Translations under genes and position numbers: made by a program
In this document: positions 18,673 through 28,142 of the stretch, one piece after another
How positions within the stretch are numbered: position 1 is the stretch's first letter
Layout: every line of letters starts with the position of its first letter
The notes under the pieces: model-generated
Told to the model about the DNA's origin: nothing
What the model saw: only the letters and a program-made list of their open reading frames with translations
Databases searched by the model: none
Assembly (NCBI GenBank): GCA_045536565.1
Contig: JAZSNU010000010.1
Span: 1 to 59,415, forward strand
Length of the DNA: 59,415 nt
Reading direction: 5' to 3'
From: Clostridia bacterium
Lineage (GTDB): Bacteria; Bacillota; Clostridia; TANB77; CAG-465

Positions 18673-20172
18673 ATGAAAAAGGTTGTTGAAAATATAATAA
18701 TATATACATTAATATTAATAGGGTTTATATTTCTTTTAGGTTCAATTTGGGTAAGTAAAACATTTGGAAATGTTTCATATGATGAAACACTATTTCATTT
18801 AATATATCCGTTGAACGGTTCGGATGTTAGTTCATATTTCATAGATGGGATAAAATGTATTTTAATACCAGCTATAATAATATCTGTAATATTATTTTTT
18901 ATATTTGAATTTGTGTATAAGAAAATATTTAATAATGAAACTAATAAAAATAGTAAGTTTTTATCAATGAAAAGTATAAAGCTTATTATATGCATTGTTA
19001 TTTTTCTATCTGGGTTAATTTGCATAGTAATCAAACTAGACTTGGTAGATTTTGCAAAATCAATATTAATAGAATCTGATTTTATTGAAGATAACTATGT
19101 AGAACCGGACAAAGTAGATATAAAATTTCCAGAAAAAAAGAGAAACTTAATATATATTTTTATGGAGTCGATGGAATCTTCATATGCAACTGAGCAAGAG
19201 GGAGGAATATTAGAACATAACCTAATTCCTAATTTAACTAATATAGCAAATAAAAATATATCATTTTCAAATACTGAGAAGTTAGGTGGAGCCTTAGCAA
19301 CAAATGGTACTACATGGACAATTGCAAGCATGGTTTCTCACTTTTCAGGAATACCATTTAAATTAACAATGGATAGGGGTGCTTATGGTAAGCATGAAAC
19401 ATTTTTACCAGGAGTTACAAATTTAGGAGATATTTTAGAAAAAGAAGGATATAATCAGATGTTTATCCTTGGGTCAGATGCTAAATTTGGCTCACGAGAT
19501 AGTTATATGAAACAACATGGTGATTTTGATATATTTGATTATGTGTATGCAGCTGAAAACGGATATTATAACGGCGAATTTGTTTGGTGGGGGTATGATG
19601 ATAGTAATTTATATACTTTCGCTAAAAATGAATTAATAAAACTCTCAAAAGAAGATAAACCATTTAATCTTACACTTCTTACAGTAGATACTCATTTTGA
19701 AGATGGTTATCTTTCAGATAATTGTACGGATTTAAAATATGATGATCAGTATTCGAATGTTATTTCATGTGCGGACACTATGGTTTATGATTTTATTAAT
19801 TGGGTAAAAAAGCAAGATTTTTATGAAAATACAACAATAGTAATTGTAGGAGATCATCATACTATGGATGTTGACTTTTTTGATGATTATACAGAAAAGG
19901 AACAAGAGAGAAGAATATATAATGCATATATTAATTCTGCTATTTCAACTGATAATATATATAACAGAGAATTTTCTACGATGGACCTGTTCCCGACAAC
20001 ACTTGCAAGTTTAGGTGTTCAAATTGAAGGGGATAGATTAGGACTTGGTACAAATTTATTTTCAGATAATGAAACTATAATTGAAAAATATGGTATTGAT
20101 TTTGTAAATAATGAACTTGATAAAAAATCAGAATATTATAATAATAAATTCTTATTTAATATAGAAAAATAA
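18673..20172 (+). CDS. LTA synthase/phosphoglycerol transferase family (sulfatase fold)
   Basis: N-terminal TMs; NLIYIFMES, WT nucleophile region, TVDTH, GDH, GLG.NL. Confidence 0.85.
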   Translation: MKKVVENIIIYTLILIGFIFLLGSIWVSKTFGNVSYDETLFHLIYPLNGSDVSSYFIDGIKCILIPAIIISVILFFIFEFVYKKIFNNETNKNSKFLSMKSIKLIICIVIFLSGLICIVIKLDLVDFAKSILIESDFIEDNYVEPDKVDIKFPEKKRNLIYIFMESMESSYATEQEGGILEHNLIPNLTNIANKNISFSNTEKLGGALATNGTTWTIASMVSHFSGIPFKLTMDRGAYGKHETFLPGVTNLGDILEKEGYNQMFILGSDAKFGSRDSYMKQHGDFDIFDYVYAAENGYYNGEFVWWGYDDSNLYTFAKNELIKLSKEDKPFNLTLLTVDTHFEDGYLSDNCTDLKYDDQYSNVISCADTMVYDFINWVKKQDFYENTTIVIVGDHHTMDVDFFDDYTEKEQERRIYNAYINSAISTDNIYNREFSTMDLFPTTLASLGVQIEGDRLGLGTNLFSDNETIIEKYGIDFVNNELDKKSEYYNNKFLFNIEK

Positions 20173-20200
20173 AGTGCTAAATTAATGATTTTGTAGTTAA

Positions 20201-20229
20201 TTGCATTGAAGGAATATTTATGATATAAT
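20201..20229 (+). promoter_or_regulatory. SigA-type promoter
   Basis: TTGCAT-17nt-TATAAT with extended -10 TG. Confidence 0.7.
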
Positions 20230-20264
20230 GCACTCAAACTAATATATAAAGGAGTTGATAATAC

Positions 20265-21011
20265 ATGAAATGTATTTTATTATGTGCAGGATATGCAACA
20301 AGGCTTTTTCCACTTACAGAGAATTTTCCAAAAGTACTTTTGGATATAGGCGGAAGGCCACTTTTAGATTATATAGTAGATGAAGTAAATACTATTGATG
20401 AAATAGATGAAATATATGCAATAACTAATAACAAGTATGCAAAACATTTAGAAGATTGGGCAAGTTCAAAAAATAATGTAAAACCAATCACAGTTATAAA
20501 TGATGGAACTAATTCAAATGATGATAGATTAGGAGCAATAGGAGATATAAAATACACTATTGATAAAATGAATATAGATGATGATTTATTAATAATAGCA
20601 GGGGATAATTTATTTACATTTAAATTAAAAGATGCTATTAATTACAGTAAATCTAAAAATGCACCTGTTGTATGTGTAAAGTCAATTGACGATATTAATT
20701 TACTTAGAAGAGTTGGTGTGGCTGAAACGGATGAAAATAATAAGATAATTGGTTTTGAGGAAAAACCGGAGCAGCCTAAAAGTACGCTGGTTACATATGC
20801 AGAATATATTTATCCAAGAGAAATTGTTAAATTCTTTGATAAATATATAGAAGAAGGTAATCCAATAGATGCACCAGGTAACTTTGTTGCATGGTTATAT
20901 AAACAAACAGATACATATGCATTTGTTTTTGAAGGTGAATGCTATGATGTAGGAACACATGAAAGTTTAAAAGAAGTTAGTGAACTTTATAGACAAAAAA
21001 ATAACAAATAA
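20265..21011 (+). CDS. Sugar-phosphate nucleotidyltransferase family protein
   Basis: LCAGYATRLFPLT, AGDN, FEEKP, YDVGT. Confidence 0.88.
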   Translation: MKCILLCAGYATRLFPLTENFPKVLLDIGGRPLLDYIVDEVNTIDEIDEIYAITNNKYAKHLEDWASSKNNVKPITVINDGTNSNDDRLGAIGDIKYTIDKMNIDDDLLIIAGDNLFTFKLKDAINYSKSKNAPVVCVKSIDDINLLRRVGVAETDENNKIIGFEEKPEQPKSTLVTYAEYIYPREIVKFFDKYIEEGNPIDAPGNFVAWLYKQTDTYAFVFEGECYDVGTHESLKEVSELYRQKNNK

Positions 21012-21037
21012 GTAGTAAAAGAAATTGGGGATAAAAG

Positions 21038-22300
21038 ATGAATAGAAGTAGAATTATTCGTAGTATAATAACAGTAATATTCTTAATTTGCTCAGCTATT
21101 ATACTATATATATGTGCTGAGAATTCAATAAAAGTAGAGAGTACATTTAGCAGTTTATATAAAGCTGCATATGCCGGTATGATATTTTTATCTATACTTT
21201 TTTATATTGTGTTAAAAAAGAAATTAAATTCTATTAATTGTAAAAAAAGTATAGAGTATAGTTATAGATATATATACATAGTAATGATTGTGTTAATAAC
21301 AAGATTTATAGCAGTTTTACTGTATAAAGATACAAGTGTTGAACTATTAGAACCATCAATTCAAAAAGGATTAGGCTCTTACATTGTATACTTTTTAGGG
21401 AAAATAACTTTGCATCCTTTATATGCTACTATAATAATTAATACAATATTAACTTTTGCATGTGCAATAATAATTAAAAGACTTGTATTTAATATAACTA
21501 CAAACGAAATATTAAGTGCAATAGCGACGATAGGATATATTTTTATTCCACAGGCAATAGTAAATACAACTAATTATGCAAGATATAATTTTAATACATT
21601 TTTTGTTCTTGCAGGTATATATTTAATGTTAATGATTATTGACGAGGTAAAACAACATAAATTAAAAACAAAGAAATATTTAAAATTAACATATCTTATG
21701 GGATGCACGATTTTTCTTGATATTTTATTTGGAGGAAGATTTGAGTTTTGGTTAATTGTTTTAATTAGCACACTATTTATCTCAAATAATGTTGGATATG
21801 TAAGGGTTAATAATAAAAGAGAATTTATAGAAAAATTTAGTAGCGTAAGTGCAAGAAAACTTATGTATAAAATGGAAGCGATTGCTATAAATAAACTAAT
21901 AGTAGTATCAACGATTTTGATTTGTTTTGTGTTGTTTGGAATGGCATGGGCATATATACTGGATTTAGATTTGTTTGACATGTATAAAGACATAAACATA
22001 GAGAGTATGTATAATAACATATATAGCGGAGTATCTATATCTAAAAATTATTATATTGTTGCACTTTCTTTTATAATACTACTTGATATATTAGGAGCAA
22101 TGTTAAAAAGAAAAAAAGATACAAAAACTACATTAATAAAATTATGTTCTTTATTAATAATGTTAGTTGTAACAACTATAAAAGATGTATATCTTTTATC
22201 CACATTTGATGCGCTTTTAGTAATAACACTTATATTAAATGTTGGTAATATTTATTATAATAGAGATGAAAAAATAAAGCTTTTAAAAGCAGAGAATTAA
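21038..22300 (+). CDS. Polytopic membrane protein, possibly degenerate GT-C/PMT-like
   Basis: Many hydrophobic segments; N..L and F.P spacing reminiscent of GT39/GT83; no decisive motif. Confidence 0.5.
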   Translation: MNRSRIIRSIITVIFLICSAIILYICAENSIKVESTFSSLYKAAYAGMIFLSILFYIVLKKKLNSINCKKSIEYSYRYIYIVMIVLITRFIAVLLYKDTSVELLEPSIQKGLGSYIVYFLGKITLHPLYATIIINTILTFACAIIIKRLVFNITTNEILSAIATIGYIFIPQAIVNTTNYARYNFNTFFVLAGIYLMLMIIDEVKQHKLKTKKYLKLTYLMGCTIFLDILFGGRFEFWLIVLISTLFISNNVGYVRVNNKREFIEKFSSVSARKLMYKMEAIAINKLIVVSTILICFVLFGMAWAYILDLDLFDMYKDINIESMYNNIYSGVSISKNYYIVALSFIILLDILGAMLKRKKDTKTTLIKLCSLLIMLVVTTIKDVYLLSTFDALLVITLILNVGNIYYNRDEKIKLLKAEN

Positions 22301-22318
22301 ATTGGGAGGAAATAAATT

Positions 22319-24118
22319 ATGGCATATTATACAGAAGATGCAATTGAAGAAGTTATATCAAGTACTGATATTGTAGATTTAATAGGTCAATATGTTCCTC
22401 TAAAAAGGAGAGGTGCAAACTATATAGGTTTGTGCCCTTTTCATCGTGAAAAAACTCCATCTTTTACAGTAGCACCAGATAAGCAAATTTTTAAATGCTT
22501 CGGTTGCTCAGAAGGTGGTACTGCAATACAATTTGTAATGAAAATAGAAAATTTAGATTTTAAAGAGGCACTTGAATTTTTAGCAGATAAATATAGTATT
22601 GATTTAACTAGATTTGAAGTTGGATCAAAAATATCTAATCCGGAAACTAAGGATATGAAGGAAAGAATATTTTCTTTAAATAAAGTGGCGGCTAAATATT
22701 TTTATGATGCATTATTTGAGAATGTTAAAGAAGAAAATAGTAATTTAAGGGAGTATCTTAAAAAGAGAGAACTTACTCAAAATGTGGTTACTAGATTCGG
22801 ATTAGGATTTGGAAATAAAAAAGATGAAGGCTTATACAGTTTTTTGCTTAAAGAAGGCTTTACAAAGGAAGAAATATTAAAGTCTGGTATAGTAACATTA
22901 AATACAAAAGGAAATATTTATGAAAACTTTGCCGGTCGTCTTATTTTCCCTATATTTGATACAAGAGATAGGGTAATAGGTTTTGGTGGAAGAGTGCTAG
23001 ATAATTCTCTTCCAAAGTATGTAAACTCTCCTGAAAATATTGTTTATCATAAAGGTAGAAATCTATATGGTATGAATGTTGCTAAAAAAGAACAATTATC
23101 TTCTGTGATAATTGTAGAAGGATATATGGATACGGTAGCGCTTCATAAAAGCGGCATAAATAATGTTGTAGCGAGTCTAGGAACTGCTCTTACAGAAGGA
23201 CAAGCTAAATTAATAAAGAAATATACAGATACAGTAATTATTTCATATGACCAAGATAATGCTGGAAAAACAGCTACATTAAGAGCTATAGATATATTAT
23301 ATAGTGTTGGACTAAAAGTAAAAGTATTAATTTTAGATCATCAAGATGTAAAAGATCCTGATGAATATATTAATAAATATGGAAAAACTAAGTTTGAAGA
23401 GTGTGTAAAAAATAGTATTAATCATATTGACTATAAAGTTAGAGTTCTAGAAGAGAAGTTAGATATTAATAATATGGACTCTAAAATAGAATTTTTAAAT
23501 AAAGTAGCAAATATTTTAGCCGGTATTGCAAATAATATTGAAAGAGATATGTATATTGACGATATAGTAAAAAAATATAAAATATCAAAAGGCGCTTTGA
23601 CAGCAGAAATAATGAAAAAAGTTAAATCACCTGGCGAAGAGACAATAGTTAGTAATGTTGATATGACATATTTAGTAAATAAAAGAGAAAGTAGTTTAAG
23701 CAAGAGAAGAAAACAAGAAATGTATATAATATTTACACTACTTTCAAAAGAAAGAAAATATATTAACAGCATAAAAGAAATAGTAAGCGAGAAAGATTTT
23801 GAAAGTGATGATTTAAGAGAGTTGTTTAATGATATTGTATCTTTGGATAATACAGAAGATATAGCAAAGGTAAATATTTTAAAGCATTTAACAGATGGAG
23901 ATAAAATAAAATTAATAACTGAAATCTTATGCGTAAACATATTAGATAAAGCAAAATTTATTGAAGATCTAAAAATTGATTTAAAAAAATATAGATATGA
24001 TAAGAGAAGAGAAGAAATACTAAAAAGAATGTCTGATAAAGATGTTTCAAAAGATGAAAGAGAAATGTTATCTATTGAACTTAGTCAAATAATAATAAAT
24101 AGAGGGAAATTAAGATAA
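22319..24118 (+). CDS. dnaG: DNA primase
   Basis: CPFH..CFGC zinc finger, GFGGR, PKYVNSPE, VEGYMD, YDQD, KDPDE. Confidence 0.97.
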   Translation: MAYYTEDAIEEVISSTDIVDLIGQYVPLKRRGANYIGLCPFHREKTPSFTVAPDKQIFKCFGCSEGGTAIQFVMKIENLDFKEALEFLADKYSIDLTRFEVGSKISNPETKDMKERIFSLNKVAAKYFYDALFENVKEENSNLREYLKKRELTQNVVTRFGLGFGNKKDEGLYSFLLKEGFTKEEILKSGIVTLNTKGNIYENFAGRLIFPIFDTRDRVIGFGGRVLDNSLPKYVNSPENIVYHKGRNLYGMNVAKKEQLSSVIIVEGYMDTVALHKSGINNVVASLGTALTEGQAKLIKKYTDTVIISYDQDNAGKTATLRAIDILYSVGLKVKVLILDHQDVKDPDEYINKYGKTKFEECVKNSINHIDYKVRVLEEKLDINNMDSKIEFLNKVANILAGIANNIERDMYIDDIVKKYKISKGALTAEIMKKVKSPGEETIVSNVDMTYLVNKRESSLSKRRKQEMYIIFTLLSKERKYINSIKEIVSEKDFESDDLRELFNDIVSLDNTEDIAKVNILKHLTDGDKIKLITEILCVNILDKAKFIEDLKIDLKKYRYDKRREEILKRMSDKDVSKDEREMLSIELSQIIINRGKLR

Positions 24119-24185
24119 TAAATATTGTATTTTTTTGTTAAATAGTGTATATTTATATTTGTATAGTATATTTGGAGTGTGAAAA

Positions 24186-25517
24186 ATGGGAAGAAAGAAA
24201 AAAGAAGAAACTATTTTAGAAGAAGTAGATAACCAAGCGATACTAGAAAATGTTGAACCTAAAAAAGAAACTAAAAAGAAAAAATCAGAGGAAAAAACTG
24301 AGGTAAATAAGTTTATTTCTTCTTTAAAGGAAAATGAAAATTATACATATAAAGATGTGGTTAATTTTCTAGATGAAAATAAATTAGAACCAGCAGAAGT
24401 TGCTAAGTTATATGATAAACTAGATGAAGCTGGTATTAAGATGATAGAAGAGGATATAAAACCAGGAGCACTTGGCGATAGTCCAGATGTTGATGATAAT
24501 TTAGAACTTTTAGAGGATAACGATGATGAGAAAGAAGCTCTTGTAGAAAAACTTACTGTTGGTGATACAAGTGCTGCTATCGCAGAACTTGAAATTGAGC
24601 CTAATTTAGAAGATATAAGTGACATAGAAAAGGATATATTATTGGAAGATATAAATGATATGTCTTTTACAGAAACTTTAAATGTTGATGATCCAGTAAG
24701 AATGTTCCTAAAAGAAATAGGTAAAATACCACTATTATCACTAGAAGAAGAAACAGAACTTGCGTATAAAATGGTAAATGGTGATAAATATGCTAAGAAA
24801 ATACTAGTTGAATCAAATTTAAGACTTGTTGTAAGTATTGCCAAAAGATACATTGGTAGAGGAATGCATTTCTTGGATTTAATACAAGAAGGTAATCTTG
24901 GACTTATAAAAGCAGTAGATAAATTTGACCCTTCAAAGGGATATAAATTTAGTACATATGCAACATGGTGGATTAGACAAGCGATAACAAGATCTATTGC
25001 AGACCAAGCAAGAACAATAAGAATACCAGTACATATGGTTGAAACAATAAATAGACTTATTAGAACATCTAGACATTTACTTCAAGTTATGGGTAGAGAG
25101 CCTACACCAGAAGAAATTGCAGAAGAGATGGAAATGCCGGTAGAAAAGGTAAGAGAAATATTAAAAATAGCACAAGAACCTATATCATTAGAAACTCCTG
25201 TTGGAGAAGAAGAAGACAGTAACATAGGAAACTTCATACCAGATGACGATGCACCATCACCATCAGACCAAGCAGCAGATGTATTATTAAGAGAACAAAT
25301 CGAGGATGTAATGGAAACACTTACACCAAGAGAAGCAAAAGTTTTAAGACTTAGATTTGGTTTAGAAGATGGAAGAACTAGAACACTTGAAGAAGTTGGT
25401 AAAGAGTTCATGGTAACAAGAGAAAGAATAAGACAAATTGAAGCAAAAGCTTTAAGAAAGTTAAGACATCCAAGTAGAAGTAAAAGACTTAAAGATTTCA
25501 TGAGCACAGATAAATAG
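24186..25517 (+). CDS. rpoD: Primary sigma factor
   Basis: [55 protein letters not shown]. Confidence 0.97.
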   Translation: MGRKKKEETILEEVDNQAILENVEPKKETKKKKSEEKTEVNKFISSLKENENYTYKDVVNFLDENKLEPAEVAKLYDKLDEAGIKMIEEDIKPGALGDSPDVDDNLELLEDNDDEKEALVEKLTVGDTSAAIAELEIEPNLEDISDIEKDILLEDINDMSFTETLNVDDPVRMFLKEIGKIPLLSLEEETELAYKMVNGDKYAKKILVESNLRLVVSIAKRYIGRGMHFLDLIQEGNLGLIKAVDKFDPSKGYKFSTYATWWIRQAITRSIADQARTIRIPVHMVETINRLIRTSRHLLQVMGREPTPEEIAEEMEMPVEKVREILKIAQEPISLETPVGEEEDSNIGNFIPDDDAPSPSDQAADVLLREQIEDVMETLTPREAKVLRLRFGLEDGRTRTLEEVGKEFMVTRERIRQIEAKALRKLRHPSRSKRLKDFMSTDK

Positions 25518-25528
25518 AAATTTTTAAA

Positions 25529-25561
25529 AAATAGTGTGGTATTTGAATATCACACTATTTT
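25529..25561 (+). terminator. Intrinsic terminator after rpoD
   Basis: AAATAGTGTGGTATT / AATATCACACTATTT. Confidence 0.65.
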
Positions 25562-25589
25562 AATGAATATATATAACAATAGAATACAT

Positions 25590-25673
25590 AAAAAATAGTA
25601 GTATTAAAAAGTATTAAAAAATACAAAAAAAATCAAAAAATCTCTTGACATATGTTCAATTTACAATTATAAT
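25590..25673 (+). promoter_or_regulatory. Strong SigA promoter of the tRNA pair with phased A-tract UP region
   Basis: TTGACA (25645)-17nt-TATAAT (25668); A-runs roughly every helical turn upstream, including tandem GTATTAAAAA x2. Confidence 0.85.
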
Positions 25674-25696
25674 ATTAACATGTCGTAGCCAAATGA

Positions 25697-25773
25697 GGGC
25701 CTTTAGCTCAGTTGGTCAGAGCAACCGGCTCATAACCGGTTGGTCCGGGGTTCGAATCCCTGAAGGCCCACCA
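25697..25773 (+). tRNA. tRNA-Ile2 (CAT anticodon, lysidine type)
   Basis: 77-nt cloverleaf; anticodon arm ACCGG-CTCATAA-CCGGT; TTCGAAT T-loop; encoded CCA; G1-C72 and GGGCCTTTAGCTCAG 5' end typical of Ile2. Confidence 0.85.
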
Positions 25774-25784
25774 TTTTTTTGTTT

Positions 25785-25870
25785 GGGTAGGTGCCCGAGT
25801 GGCTAAAGGGGGCAGACTGTAAATCTGTTGGCATCCGCCTACGATGGTTCGAATCCATCCCTGCCCACCA
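25785..25870 (+). tRNA. tRNA-Tyr (GTA)
   Basis: 86 nt; anticodon arm GCAGA-CTGTAAA-TCTGT; long variable arm; CCA end. Confidence 0.95.
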
Positions 25871-25879
25871 AAAATTATA

Positions 25880-25908
25880 CACTGTACCGTTGGTATGGTG
25901 CTTTTTTT
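25880..25908 (+). terminator. Terminator of the tRNA operon
   Basis: CACTGTACC/GGTATGGTG plus T7. Confidence 0.7.
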
Positions 25909-26009
25909 GTCTTAAAATAAGTTTGTTGTAATTATTAAGAGATTATGATATAATTAGCATATAATTAATTTATTTCCAAAGGATAATTATTTTAAGGAGG
26001 AGTGCTAAT

Positions 26010-26222
26010 ATGAAAAAACGGCAGGAGTTATATAAAACAATATTGAACTTGGTGTTAGGTTTTAAAGAACCTTTCACTCTCGAAGAATTGTATAAAACTT
26101 TAAGAGAAAAAAAGATTTTGACTGACAAAAACAAGAAACAAGTAGTTAATACAATTGATACTATTTTTGAGTCTCCGTTTATTAAGTCAGTTCCATTTAC
26201 AAACAAATATCATGTAATTTGA
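26010..26222 (+). CDS. Small hypothetical protein (possible winged helix)
   Basis: AAGGAGGAG RBS, upstream TGnTATAAT, downstream hairpin; basic helical 70 aa. Confidence 0.6.
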   Translation: MKKRQELYKTILNLVLGFKEPFTLEELYKTLREKKILTDKNKKQVVNTIDTIFESPFIKSVPFTNKYHVI

Positions 26223-26382
26223 TAATACAACAAGTTAATAAATAAATCACTTGAAGATTAAAACAAGTAGTTTTGATTTTTTAGTGATTTTATATTTTCT
26301 ACAAATTTAAACATTTTTATACAAATTTCTGTTTAGATGTGGTATAATTTATTCGTAATATATAAACATGTTTGGAGGAAGA

Positions 26383-26961
26383 ATGAAAAAAGTATATATT
26401 GTACTTACACATACAGGAACGATATTGTCTAGAATAGTACGAATACTTACTAGAAATAAATATACACATGCATCTATATCACTTGATATAAATATGGAAG
26501 GTATGTATTCGTTTGGCAGAGTAAATCCATATAATCCATTTATAGGTGGTTTTGTTCAAGAAGGGATAAATATAGGGACATTTAGAAGATTTAAAAATAC
26601 CAAAACAGCAATTTATTCATTAAGGGTAACAGATCAAGAATATGAAAGATTAAAAGAAATAATAAAGGCTATAAATACAGATAAAGATATTTACAAATTT
26701 AATGTACTAGGACTTATATTTGCATTATTTGATAAAAGATATATAAGAGAAAATAGATTTTATTGCTCAGAATTTGTAAGACATACTCTTGAAGAGTCAA
26801 AAATAGAAATAAAAGGAATCTGTAATGTTATAAAACCAGAGGATTTTAGAAGAATAAAAAAAATGCGTCTAGTTTATTCGGGTCTTCTAAGAGATTATGG
26901 GTATAACAATTATATTAGAAATAAAGAAAGCATTAACACATTAGAAATGTGTAATTCATAA
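26383..26961 (+). CDS. Permuted papain-like (YiiX/YebB, NlpC/P60) protein
   Basis: His motif YTHASIS precedes Cys motif FYCSEFV; ATG 26383 after GGAGG. Confidence 0.7.
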   Translation: MKKVYIVLTHTGTILSRIVRILTRNKYTHASISLDINMEGMYSFGRVNPYNPFIGGFVQEGINIGTFRRFKNTKTAIYSLRVTDQEYERLKEIIKAINTDKDIYKFNVLGLIFALFDKRYIRENRFYCSEFVRHTLEESKIEIKGICNVIKPEDFRRIKKMRLVYSGLLRDYGYNNYIRNKESINTLEMCNS

Positions 26962-26979
26962 TAAACATATATAGTAAAA

Positions 26980-27014
26980 TAAAGAATGGTATCGTTTTTT
27001 GATACCATTCTTTA
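26980..27014. terminator. Bidirectional terminator between convergent genes
   Basis: TAAAGAATGGTATC / GATACCATTCTTTA perfect stem. Confidence 0.75.
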
Positions 27015-27017
27015 ATA

Positions 27018-27923
27018 TTAATTTCTAACCTCTTTCTTTATTAATTTTGCGTGAAGTACAATTCTTCCTGTTCCAGCGGCATCACTACATGTAGATAGAG
27101 TAATAATCTTATCCGATTCGCTAAGTTCTACATTGAAGTTGTAAATACTTCTTGATTTTAGCGTATTTAAGAATTCTACATATTTAGAATTGTCTATAAA
27201 ATTCGTTGTAAGATAGTATACTTCTGGTTCTATTTTATATACCGAAAAAACTTGCCACATTGTGTTTTCATATGGAGTAGAGAATTTTATAACATGGTTA
27301 TATTTATTAGTATACCAACTTTTATTTAAAACATTAAATAATGTGCCAAACATTGTAGAGTTTAATCTACTATGTCCATATATAATAGTATTTTGATCAA
27401 AAGATTTCATATTATTTCTATAATCTGCAAATATCCAACCTGCTTGATTTTTTGAACCATCGAAGGCTTTTTTTAAATAATCTTCGTTATTATTAGTTTG
27501 AACAACGGGGTAGTTTATGTTTGTGTTATTTACATTAATCCAACCAACAGTATCTTTGTTTTTAATAATAAGCTCATCAAAATTAACATTTATTAGTGGT
27601 AATTTTATAAAGTCCCAATAATCATTTGGCGTATTTTGTTCTTCGCTAGGTGGATTAATAAGTTCAGTATTTTCGTTGTCCGTAATTTCTTCTACATTTG
27701 CTATTTCTGTTGTTTCTTGTACTATTTTTTCGCTTTCGTTATTATCTTTAAACCATCCTAGAATAATTAGTATTGATATTATAGCAGTAATAATAGATAT
27801 AATTAAGATAATAGTAAGAATTATATTTTTCTTTTTATTTTTTCTTTTCTTGATATTATCTTCGTTATTTAAATTATCGAGTTTAGAATATATATTTCCT
27901 TTTCTTTTTTTTGTTTTTTCCAT
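27018..27923 (-). CDS. srtB: Class B sortase
   Basis: N-terminal TM; VGWI, INYPVVQ, IFADYRN, IIYGH, MFG.L, TLSTC, catalytic R in GRIVLHA. Confidence 0.92.
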   Translation of the reverse strand: MEKTKKRKGNIYSKLDNLNNEDNIKKRKNKKKNIILTIILIISIITAIISILIILGWFKDNNESEKIVQETTEIANVEEITDNENTELINPPSEEQNTPNDYWDFIKLPLINVNFDELIIKNKDTVGWINVNNTNINYPVVQTNNNEDYLKKAFDGSKNQAGWIFADYRNNMKSFDQNTIIYGHSRLNSTMFGTLFNVLNKSWYTNKYNHVIKFSTPYENTMWQVFSVYKIEPEVYYLTTNFIDNSKYVEFLNTLKSRSIYNFNVELSESDKIITLSTCSDAAGTGRIVLHAKLIKKEVRN

Positions 27924-28142
27924 ATGTGAACCTCCATATATATTGTAACTTAATTATATACTAATAATTGTTTTATGGCAATGTAGTTATATTAAAATAG
28001 TATATAAATTTACATTAATTATTTCAATTGTATTACAAACATATTACAAGCGAGAGTGTTTTTTGAAACAATTTAAGAATATATTTACTATAAAATAGGA
28101 AAAATATATAATAGTACATATAAAGAAAAAGGAGGAATCTTT

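Noticed and set aside
25697-25773. Calling the CAT-anticodon tRNA a tRNA-Met/fMet
   Set aside because: No C1:A72 mismatch or triple G-C anticodon stem of initiators; acceptor and D-arm match Ile2-type tRNAs
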